Source: Opitutales bacterium (GTDB lineage: Bacteria > Verrucomicrobiota > Verrucomicrobiia > Opitutales > UBA2987). Taken from it: a DNA stretch of 64,000 nucleotides. The first letter of the stretch is position 1. Every line of letters starts with the position of its first letter. This document shows positions 54,578 to 64,000 of this stretch, one piece after another. The position numbers and the translations under genes are program-made. Under the pieces are notes generated by a model, which was given only the letters and a program-made list of their open reading frames with translations, ran no database searches and was not told the DNA's origin. The stretch lies in the NCBI GenBank assembly GCA_965226885.1, contig CBDDEL010000014.1, positions 224,001 to 288,000 on the forward strand, in the 5' to 3' direction.

Positions 54578-54744
54578 ACCGCTGAATGTATTTTATCTTT
54601 TTATGGGAGAGCGTCATGGGTGCTGCCTCATTGCCATCGAATAAAATATAACCCTCGTAAATTCAAGCATCTCCTTTATCTCAAGGAGGTGGGGTTTTCC
54701 AGATATTTTCACTATCCAATGGCTAGAATAGAAATCCGGCCGGT

Positions 54745-56112
54745 TTAACGTCCTAGGCCAAATAGGATGACGTATATGGTTTTCAGGCAAATCGACAAAT
54801 CGAGCAAAAGCGAATAGTGGCGGACATAATAGAGGTCGTATTTTAATTTTTCGACGGCGTCGCGATCGTTTTCGCCATAGGGATAATTGACCTGCGCCCA
54901 GCCCGTTATGCCGGGTTTTACCAAATGGCGAAAATGATAAAAGGGAATCTTTCTTTCGTAAATTTCAACGATTTTTTTCCATTCCGCTCTTGGCCCGATG
55001 ACACTCATTTCGCCCCTCAGGACATTCCACAATTGAAGCAGTTCGTCCAATCGGGTAACTCTCAGGAATGAGCCGACACGGGTGATGCGCTTATCTTCGG
55101 ACCGAGTATAAAGATCCTCCTCTTCCGATCCGACGATCATGGTGCGAAATTTATACAAGGTGAATGGTTTTTCATCGCGGCCCACCCGGGTTTGTTTGAA
55201 TACGACCGGGCCGGGGCTGCTCAGTCTGACCATCATGGCGACAATCAGAAGTACCGGCCATAGGATAAGGAATCCTGTCAAAGCGAAAATGATATCGAAA
55301 ATTCGTTTGGCCCTTTCATAAGTCAAACTGCTGTTGAGCCGGAAGCCTTCTTCAAAAGCCCAATAAGGTGATACCTGGGAAACAGGAACCATTTTCCAAT
55401 GGATGGCAAAAAAAGTGTAAAGTGTCTGCACCTGGGCTTTCATGAAATGAATGGACACCAATTTTTCCAGAAGGGATTGAGGCAAATTCTCCGCTTTTTC
55501 AGCAATGACAATGGAATCCACTTCCAGCCCCTCGGTTTCCACAGCCTCGACCAGGTCTCCTTGAATTATGGGCGATGATAAATCCCCGCTGACCAAGTTT
55601 TCCCCTTTTCTTTCCAGGGTGGGATCGAAAAAGACCAGATTTTGGGGCCAGTTATTGGTTTTAAGAACATGAAAAAAATCCACAGCTTGCTCTCCCACGC
55701 CCACAATGTAAAGGGACCGATTGACCAGTGTTTTGCGCGTCATGGTGGCCAGCATATAGCGTCCCCCCAGCGTCCAGAGTGGGAAGACGATCAAAACCAT
55801 AGCCACGTTGGCCCGAGCCGCAATGACGCCTGTTAAAAAGTAGATGAGAAACAAAACGAGAAAAAAATTGATGACCGATGCGATGATATGCTCGCTGGCA
55901 AAGCGCAAACTGCGCATATCGATAGATCGGTTGTAACCGCCGATCACAGCTATCGTCAGGATGGTCGATGGGAGTAAAACAGAGAACACATAAGGATCGA
56001 AATAGGAGGCGAAATTTTCCGAAAACCTCACCCGCAGAGATAACACGTAAAACCCGGTCAGGCATAAAACGTCCAGTAAAAGGAGGAATAGCTTAAAAAA
56101 TATCCTGCTCAT
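54745..56112 (-). CDS. Polyprenyl-phosphate sugar-1-phosphate transferase (WcaJ/WbaP-type initiating glycosyltransferase)
   Basis: N-terminal TM helices, KRIFDI, YKFRTM, D.RITRVG, LDEL.Q..NVL.GEMS.IGPR, KPGITGWAQVN, YDLYY. Confidence 0.9.
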   Translation of the reverse strand: MSRIFFKLFLLLLDVLCLTGFYVLSLRVRFSENFASYFDPYVFSVLLPSTILTIAVIGGYNRSIDMRSLRFASEHIIASVINFFLVLFLIYFLTGVIAARANVAMVLIVFPLWTLGGRYMLATMTRKTLVNRSLYIVGVGEQAVDFFHVLKTNNWPQNLVFFDPTLERKGENLVSGDLSSPIIQGDLVEAVETEGLEVDSIVIAEKAENLPQSLLEKLVSIHFMKAQVQTLYTFFAIHWKMVPVSQVSPYWAFEEGFRLNSSLTYERAKRIFDIIFALTGFLILWPVLLIVAMMVRLSSPGPVVFKQTRVGRDEKPFTLYKFRTMIVGSEEEDLYTRSEDKRITRVGSFLRVTRLDELLQLWNVLRGEMSVIGPRAEWKKIVEIYERKIPFYHFRHLVKPGITGWAQVNYPYGENDRDAVEKLKYDLYYVRHYSLLLDLSICLKTIYVILFGLGR

Positions 56113-56141
56113 GGCAAATAACCGTTTTCTCAGTGCGCCTC

Positions 56142-56696
56142 TTAAAACGGCTTCATTTTGATGATTTTGGCCGGATTTCCCGCGACGACCGCCCCATCCG
56201 GTACATCCTTGACCACCACTGCGCGAGCTCCCACCACTGTCCCCCGGCCGACGGATATACCGGGGCCGATAAAGGCCTCGCTACACACCCAACTGCCATC
56301 GCCGATGGAAATGGGCGGCCTTAGAAGGGGCAGGTGGGGTTTACTAATATCATGCGTACCCGCGCACAGATGCGCCCTATGCGATACCAGCACATTGGCC
56401 CCGATGGAAATTTTGCCCAGGTTGTAAATATCCACCCCCCACCCGATGGTGGACCAATCACCGATTTTGAATTGCCAGGGATAAAAAATATTGGCCGATG
56501 GGTAAATCCGCACCTTCCGCCCGACTTTCGCCCCGAATAAGCGCAGAAGCAAATTTCGCCACCCGTATAAATGGCGCGGACTGAACCTGAATAGCGGCCT
56601 TATCAACGCCCAGGCTACACGGGTCAGCAAAACCCCCTTGTCATAATTGAGGTTCTTCCGGTGGGCGGAAATATCTATCTGTGATTCGTCGCTCAT
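56142..56696 (-). CDS. WcaF-like left-handed beta-helix O-acetyltransferase
   Basis: LLRLFGAKVG, YPW, HLCAGTHD, hexapeptide repeats, AGNPAK. Confidence 0.88.
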   Translation of the reverse strand: MSDESQIDISAHRKNLNYDKGVLLTRVAWALIRPLFRFSPRHLYGWRNLLLRLFGAKVGRKVRIYPSANIFYPWQFKIGDWSTIGWGVDIYNLGKISIGANVLVSHRAHLCAGTHDISKPHLPLLRPPISIGDGSWVCSEAFIGPGISVGRGTVVGARAVVVKDVPDGAVVAGNPAKIIKMKPF

Positions 56697-56800
56697 TTGT
56701 CCATGCCACTCAATCGGCAAAACCCATTAATGACAAAAACCGCCAACTATTCAATCTTTCAAAACAAAACACAATCCGGCTTCGGCCCATTGCCTGGCGC

Positions 56801-57260
56801 TTATTCGTAAACCTCGATCATTGATTGAACCGCATTGAGGTTGGAAAATCGCTCCTCAATTAACTCCCTCCCTCCGATGACCATCGCCGCTCGCTCCGCA
56901 TCGCTCAGTAAAATGGCCTTTGTCAGAGCCCCAGCCAGAGGGTCGACGCCGGTTTCGATCCACCAACCGCAACGATGAGTTGACAAACTACCCCTCTGGG
57001 CTCCTTTGGTCGCGCTTACCGGCATTTCGCAAGCCAGAGTTTCCGCCACGCCAATCCGAAATTCTCCCCGTAATTCGGCAGTACGAACAGATCGCCCTCT
57101 TGTAAAGGGACCACTTGGACTCGTCCTCGACCAGTCCAAGGAAGATAAAATCCTCTTCCAAATGCAAAGTTTCGATCAATTCTTCGAATTAATTAGTAAA
57201 ACGGATTCCTCTTAAACGATTAAATAATCTCCAATACCTATAATGACGCATAAAAAATAA
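56801..57260 (-). pseudogene. GT4 glycosyltransferase C-terminal remnant
   Basis: Across frames it reads FLGLVEDESKWSLYKRA / LFVLP..ENFG / VAETLACEMPV..TKG..CGWW. Frameshifted, and the 5' part is missing at the IS1 end. Confidence 0.7.
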
Positions 57261-59391
57261 GGTAGTGTATTAAGTAGGAATGGTGGCTAATTCTTGATTA
57301 TATTGATGAATGAAAAGTCTCAGACAGGTTTCATGCATACTCTTAAGCTTGGAAAAGGAGAGGGTTTTGCGTGTGAAACGACCCAGTCGTTGGCGCAGGG
57401 TATTGTTCCATCGTTCCACATGGGCCGTTTCACCGGTTTCTTTTCCCACGGATCGGTTATGGAATGACGTGTACTGGATTTGTTGGACACGGGATTCTCT
57501 TATATTCATTGTTTATTGATTAGTGTGTCAGGCGGCTTGTTTTGGTAAAGGGTTTTGTTTTCTCGTTGCCCCCCATGGGGGGCAAATATTTTCCTCGAAT
57601 TGGACTGGGCTTTGGTAACTCAGAGAGGAATGTTTGCGATATCGGTTGTAGAAGATTTCCACGTATTCGAAGACAGTTGATCGCAGTTCGCGCTCGTCGG
57701 CAAAGTGGCGGCCTCGAATCGTGCTGGTCTTGAAGCGGCCGTAGAACGATTCCATGGCCGCGTTGTCGTAGCAGTTGCCTTGGGCGCTCATGCTCGGCTT
57801 CATGCCTAGTTCAGAGACCAGCCTCTGATAGTCGTCGCTGCCGTAGGGGCTGCCCCGATCGCTGTGATGAATAATCCCGGTGCGCAGTGTGCCGCGGGTC
57901 ATGGCCGCGGCTTTGAGGGCCTTGCCAACCAGCTTCGCGTCGTTGTGGTTGGAAACGCTCCAGCCCAGCAGGCGTCGGCTGAACAGGTCCATCACCGTGG
58001 CCAAGTACATCCAACCGGCCAGGGTCCGTAGGTAGGTCGTGTCCGCCACCCAGACCTCGTCGATATGGGTCGGCTGGCCATGCTTTTTAAGCACATTGGG
58101 GCTGTAACCATAGGGATGGTTACTGTTGGTTTTTAATGGCTTAAAGCGTTTACTCTGGGTGCTTTTGATTCCCATTTCACGCATCAGACGCAGAGCCCGG
58201 TCACGGCCGCAATCGATGCCCTCATCATCCTTCAGATGGCGGTGCATTGGCCGATGCCCATAGCGGCCCTTGGCCTCTTTGTGTACCTTCAGGATCGCCC
58301 CCTTGATTCCCTCGTCCTCGATCCGCCGGGCCGAGGGCGCTCGGTGCCTCCAGCAGTAATAGCCACTGCGACAAATCCCCATCGCCGAGCATATTTCCTC
58401 GATCTTGAAGCGCCCCTCGTTGTCTTTGACAAACTGGTACTTCATTGTTCGTCCTTGGCAAAGTAGCCCACCGTTTTTTTTAGTATCTGGTTGATCCGCT
58501 CCGAGCGGCGCAGCTCTTTGCGAAGACGATCTATCTCGGCCGCCATCTCCTTCGGACTGCTCTGTCGCTTTGAGGTGGCTTCGCCCTGCTGATCGTCCAG
58601 ATAGAGCCTCTTCCACCTATACAATTGGTTGGTGTTGACCCCAAGTTTGGTCGATACCTCGGTGGCGCTCAGACCATCGAGTATCATCAGTTGAACTGCC
58701 TCATTTTTGAACTCTATACTAAAGCGTCTTCTTCCCATGCTTCGATTCTCCATTTAGGAGAATCTCGTGTCCACTTTTTCCAGTGCACATCAGAAAGACT
58801 TCATCATAAGTGCTCCAAAAGTCGCTGTAGGTGGCACATCTTTTGTAGGCCCGTGGCAGACGCTCGTAAAGTTCCCGGCAACGATACCAATCCCGAGGCC
58901 CAATGGCATAGGAGAGGATTTGACGGGTGCGTCGGCAAAGAGCGATCCAAACCCATTGGGCATCGCTCTTGCGCCCCACAAAAGACCACAGTTCGTCCAG
59001 TTCAATGACATCATGGCGGCGGGCCGCAAGAATCGTGCTTTTGAGCGGTCGCAGCGGTTGTCGTTTTTTTTAACCAACTCAAAACGGTGTTGGGACTCAC
59101 CCCGAAGGCGCGCTGTAAACCGCGTAGACTGCTGCGTTCCTGATAGACTCGAAGGATCATTTCTTTTTGCTCTTCGGTGTATTTCACTGTGGGGTTTTCG
59201 CGGCTTTGTTTACCACAATCATGGCAGCGGTAGCGCTGTTTATGGTTGGGCGTCTTGCCAAATTTAATGATATTTTCTCTTCCACAGTGCCGACAATTAA
59301 TAATTTTAGTAACCATGCACTAAAAATAAACTGCCTAACGCTATTTGTACAGCTAAAAATACAAAATAACATTCTTTTTTTATACACTACC
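57261..59391 (-). mobile_element. IS1-family element type A, interrupted by IS3; no TSD
   Basis: IRs present; flanks AAAAATAA versus CAGTATGG do not match. Confidence 0.9.
57465..58792 (-). mobile_element. IS3-family element (type 2), copy 2 (orfA 58442-58753, orfB ending 57528)
   Basis: Near-identical to 32010-33334, 3-bp TSD GAA. Confidence 0.93.
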
Positions 59392-60188
59392 CAGTATGGG
59401 CCATGGCGTATTCCCAACCACGCAGACTGGCTGCGAGAAATTTCGCCGTTCGCTCGGGATGGTCCTTCAATTCCCTCTCTGAAGTAATAATGCAGTCGCC
59501 ATAAAAATCGATACCATAATCGGAAGGGCGAAACATGATAAACGGCAGGTCCCTATTTTTCAGGTAATAGGGCAAAGTAGTGATATAGCCCGGAACTACG
59601 TCGGATTTATTAGATACAAAATTACTGAGATATGAGCTGAGAGGAATGATGTTGTTTGTTAGTTGATCATGAGAAATACCCTCCCGTTGGAACATACCCA
59701 GAACATCTGGGTTTCTCCTCATATGCCCCAGTGTCAGACGCTTTCCCACTATGTCATGCAAATATTTTATTCCCGCATCAGTCCTGGCGAACAAGGCCGC
59801 TGGAGAATGCTGGAAAATAGCGGCAAGAACAACAACTGGCTGACCTTTTAAACGGGCTTGAAGCACTTCGGACAGAGCGACACCGTAATTGGCTTCTCCA
59901 TTCAAAACATTTTCAATATACCTACCATCTGCTGGAGTTTCCAATAATTGGACCATAAATCCCGCTTCCCGTTAAAAATCCTTTTTCTTTGGCAGCATAA
60001 TACCCGGCAAACTGGAATTGATGAAACCACCGCAATTGCAGGGAGACAATCTCGAGGCCATCTTTCGTTAAAGCCGGTTCATACTCAACGCCTTCCAACG
60101 GCAAAGAGGAAAGGATCGGAAAGAAACACAAAAAACACGCAATCAGCGCAAAGCTCCCTTGCCTGCGACAATGAATCCCCCATTCCAT
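59392..60188 (-). pseudogene. NMT1/THI5-like substrate-binding domain protein, frameshifted and truncated
   Basis: LQLRWFHQFQFAGYYAAKEKGF, frameshift near 59970, then VLAAIFQHSP..YGIDFYGD..FLAASLRGWEYA. Cut by IS1 at 59391. This domain often heads sensor kinases or GGDEF proteins. Confidence 0.75.
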
Positions 60189-60205
60189 ACCATATTTTAT
60201 AATTA

Positions 60206-62923
60206 GAGGCTGTCCCAAAAGGGTGATTTTTGCGAGGGCTTTTGATAGGCGCTCATTTTAGAGGTATTTGCATTTGGGAGAGTATCAACTTTGCTCTCCT
60301 ATGACGTTAGGATACTGGTTTTGGGGTCCGGTTGCCTGGTATTCTTTGTATGAGCCGACAGTAAGGCTGTGAAAAAGTATTGTCCTTGCTTTTCCGCTCT
60401 CTAGCCCGGATATTTCATGAAGGGTAAAGTTTGGCTCGTGTTTGGCTCGTTATTGCTATTGGAGATGGATTTCTTTGTATTTTGAGCAGATCGTCTTGAT
60501 TTTTAGGTGTTTTTCAGGGTGTAGAGACACTGCCCCCTTTCCCCCATTGGTTCGGTAGTGCCGGGGGCAGCACCAATGCACCCTTTAGGTTGGCACCAAT
60601 CGGCGGGCCGCATGGTTGAAAAGACTGGCCCAAGGATAACTCTCACTTAGGTGAAAGTGAATCGTTCGGGTGTTGCGCACGATGACCGCTCCGATCTTGA
60701 TTAATTTGAGCCGCAGGGTGTGGCATTGGGCCCGCGCCCACTTCGTCCCTTTTAAGGCTAACCGGCGCATGGCTTCCATCAAGGTGTAGGCCAGCGCCGA
60801 CAAGAGCAATCGGCACTGATTGGCCCACCATTGATGGGCGCTGGTGCGCTCGCTGAACAATTGCATCTGTTCCTTGATTCGGTTCTCCATTTCACCGCGG
60901 CCACAGTATACCTTGTCGTAAAGCTCCTGGGGATCGCCCGGCAGGTTCGTCACCACGAAGCGCGGGTTGGACCCCTGTGCGGTGTGTTCGGCTTTATGGA
61001 TGACCAACCGCAGCCATCGCCACGAATCGGCAGCATAGACGAAGTCCTGGAATAACCGTTGTTTTTTACCCCTTAGTTCGAACCATTCTTTGGCCTGCTT
61101 TTGCAACTGCTGGGCGTCTTGCTGCAAGCGTGCATTGCGAGCCATCCCCACGATGTAACTAACTTCGTTGCGGTCGCACCAAGAGAGTATCCGGGCTCGA
61201 CAAAATCCACTGTCGGCGCGCCAAATAATCCGCGTACGGGGCCAGCTTTGGCGCATCCGTTTAACCAGCAATTTGAGGATGACCCCGGCATGCTTGCTGG
61301 CATCGATCTTGCTCGGCCGCAGGTAGGCCACCAGCAGCTGATCACCGCAAAAAACATATAGCGGCAGAAAACAGTAATGATCATAATAACCGTGGAAAAA
61401 ACGTCCCTCCTGGAGCCCGTGCACCGGATTGTCGGTGGCGTCAAAGTCCAGGATGATCTCTTCGGGTTCCTCGGCAAAGGAGCCCATGAACTGTTCGACC
61501 AACAGCTCGTTTACCGCAAAGGCCGCCCGCCGATCCTGCCCGTTTTCAAAACGACACAAAGTCGGCGCGCTGGCCAACGTTTCAATGCGCCCCGTTACCG
61601 TTTGCAACAATGGATCGTGGCGCAGGGTATCAAAGTCGTTCAAATCCTCATAGCCCGCCACCAGCCCGTAAACGCGCTGCCGCAGCATCCCCAATACCTC
61701 ATGGCGTACTTTGCCCTTCTGCCGTTTGTCCACTAACTGTCGGGCCGCTCGTTCGGTCAAGCCCAACTGCCGATCCACTTCCCGGATCAAAAGCAGTCCG
61801 GCATCCGAAGTAACCTCTCCGCCCTTGAAATCAACCCGCACACGGCGGCCTTTTACCCTTGTCAACTGTCGCTTTAATTGTTTACCTTTTGTCATCGCTG
61901 ATATTGCTTTAATTATTGATCTATCCTGCTGTATATCAGCAGTTAAGCATATCAACGATACTTTTTTTACGAAATATCCGGGCTAGGCCGCCGCTTTGGT
62001 TTTTAGTTCGTCTTGCTGGGCCAGCATCTTGGCTACTTTCCATAGGTTGTGCGAGAGTACCGACCAGGCTACGCTGATCGAGCGGTTGGCAAAGCCTCTG
62101 CTGCGCAACCGCCCGGCCTGCCAGCGATTCTTCAATACCCCGATCCGCCCTTCGGTGCTGGCCCGGCGCTTTTGCAATTGTCTGAACAGTGGTTCCTCCA
62201 TCCGTTTTTTCAACTGCTTCGGATCGCGTGGACAGAGCGCGTCGTAGATTCCCTCCTGGGCTAACTGCCGGCGGGCCCGCTGGGAGGCAAATCCCCGGTC
62301 CGCGCACATGGCCGCTATGGGTTCTTCCAGGTTGAAGCGGTTCTGTCTTTGCAAACTCTCTTGCATTTGTTCATTTTCGCTTGGAGTTCGGCTGCCGTAG
62401 AGTTTCCAGTCCAGCAGGTACCCTTCAACGCTTTCTCCCAAAAACAGGGTGTTGCCGAACTCGACCTCTTGGCCCGCTTTACCTCGCACAATCACCTGCC
62501 CATCGAGTTCGTAAACACTCAAGACTTTCTCTGCGTTTTTCACCTGGCGGCGGCCAATGATCCGCTCGTGCGCCTGTTTGATGACCACCGGGATTTGCTC
62601 GCTCATGCGCTCCATCCGGGCGAGGATCTGTTGGACCTGTTTTTCGCTGTAATCGCTTTGCTCCCAGCAGGCTTGCAATAATTCCCGGTGACTGCGGGCA
62701 TGCTCCCCGATCCGTTTGAGCAGCTTTTTCATCTGCCTCAAGATACCCTTGCGCTGCCGCGCGCTGTCCTTTCGCCGCCGGCTGTGGGTCATCTGTATGC
62801 ACAGCCGATTCATCTGCCGAGCCAAGGGCTCCGGTTCGATCGGCATGCGATGGCGCAAACCGGCCTTCTCGCGGATCAGCCGGATCGCTTTGAGCAACGT
62901 GCCGGCTACATCCTTGAGTAATA
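60206..62923 (-). mobile_element. IS5/ISNCY-like element, copy 3, interrupted by IS1380 and IS630
   Basis: IR at 60206 after TAATTA. Transposase 3' part 61983-62923, homology broken at a TA dinucleotide. Confidence 0.9.
60405..61982 (-). mobile_element. IS1380-family element, copy 5 (transposase 60585-61895)
   Basis: IRs, TSD CTAG, which contains the IS5-like transposase stop codon. Confidence 0.95.
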
Positions 62924-64000
62924 CCAAATCGCAAAAGGATTGATAAAGATTAAAAAACAGCTATAAAGGCGGAATGAGAAGATATATGGGAACCGATGAA
63001 GACCGTGAACGTATCAAGAAATTGCTCAACAAAGAGGCTGTCGGCTGGCGTAAAGAGCGTTTGGTGGCATTAAAAATGGGCTTCCAGCCGCACCACAGCA
63101 TTGATGAAATTGGAGCCATCGTGGGCCGAGGCAAAGCGACGATCCAGCGTTGGTTTGACAAATATCGTGCTGCAGGGCTCGGGGCGGTGCTTACACGCGC
63201 CTACAAAGGCGGGATCAAAAGCCGTTGCGACAAAGAGGTGGAGGCCTTCTTGCTCAATGGTTTGAAGGTCGCGCGCTGGAACACAGCCGTTCAGGCGGGG
63301 CAAGAGCTGGAGCGACATTTCGGGCGCTCCTTCGCCTACAAGACGGTGTGGCGATGGCTAAAAAAATGCGCCGGGGTGCTTCGAGTCCCTCGGCCCGTGC
63401 ATGAGAAACGGGACTCGGCAAAAGCGGAAGCGTTCAAGCGAGACTTTTTTAAGATCCTCCAGGAGCTTTCCCTCACCCGAGGCAATCGGGTTCGGGTGTG
63501 GTTTGCCGATGAAAGCCGTTTTGGTTTGCTTCCGGTGTACCGCCGGTGCTGGACGCAAAGAGGGCTTCGGCCGCACAAAAAATATCAGACAAGATACCAG
63601 TGGAGCTACTGTTACGGAGCCCTCGACGTGGTCAACGGCGAGATGGTATGCATCCAAACCCCTAGCACGAATCTACAGTGGACGGAGGCTTTCCTCCAAC
63701 AGATCAAAAAGCAATATCCTGAGGAGGAACATGTGGTTGTATGGGACGGGGCAGGCTTCCATCCGCACGACTCGGAGCACCCCAACGTCCCCCCGGGCAT
63801 ACATATCGTGAATTTGCCGCCGTATAGTCCTGAACTCAACCCGATTGAAAGACTTTGGGATATGATACAGGATCAAACGGCCAACAAACTGTGGCCGAGC
63901 ATTGAGCGACTCGAAGAAGTCGTCGCAACCCATCTCAAAGACTGGTGGGAGGACACTGAAAAAGTCCTCTCTTTAGTTGGCGGAGGCTGGCAGCACATTC
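62924..64000 (+). mobile_element. IS630-family element (type 2), runs off window; transposase from 62974
   Basis: Inserted at TA. Hand translation from ATG 62974 gives MRRYMGTDEDRER...WFADESRFG...VWDGAGFH...LPPYSPELNPIE with no stop before 64000, so it is absent from the ORF track. Confidence 0.9.

Larger units (their letters stand above)
45809..54617 (-). pseudogene. HTH-like/O-antigen ligase/TPR protein, paralog 6 (five fragments)
   Basis: Fragments 54617-54578, 52060-51920, 51117-50978, 49371-48837 and 47269-45809 rejoin after TSD removal. One -1 frameshift in the A6 run at 48987-48992. Confidence 0.88.

Noticed and set aside
1..64000. CRISPR array, tRNA/rRNA, integron cassettes or DGR explaining the paralog array
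   Set aside because: No regularly spaced repeats, attC-like sites, integrase, reverse transcriptase or RNA gene signatures seen. All long repeats are IS copies.

Overview
Bacterial genomic window, probably from Verrucomicrobiota/Opitutia (inference from a Trp-rich C-terminal domain type and gene content). The left part (0.5-31.6 kb) is mostly intact. It holds a tesA/ybbA/ybbP-type ABC module, a probable sugar-acid catabolic operon containing an uncharacterised U32-like protein, an SDR, a Zn-ADH, an SLC13/TrkA-C permease, a cupredoxin and a DUF420 protein. From 24.6 to 54.6 kb lies a same-strand tandem array of six paralogous ~760-aa membrane proteins. Each has a conserved N-terminal HTH-like cap, an O-antigen-ligase/O-oligosaccharyltransferase (Wzy_C-type) domain and C-terminal TPRs. 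Four are intact and two are shattered but can be rebuilt by removing IS elements and their target duplications. The array lies directly downstream of an initiating polyprenyl-phosphate sugar transferase, a WcaF-like acetyltransferase and a GT4 remnant. The window is saturated with IS elements: I count 22 copies or remnants of 9 element types in 6 families (IS1380, IS21, IS5-like, IS1, IS3, IS630), about 46% of the window and about 69% of 32-64 kb, often nested. Many de novo short tandem duplications (6-17 bp) also occur, some of which frameshift genes. No rRNA, tRNA or CRISPR array was seen. All family calls rest on motif recognition by eye; no searches were run.
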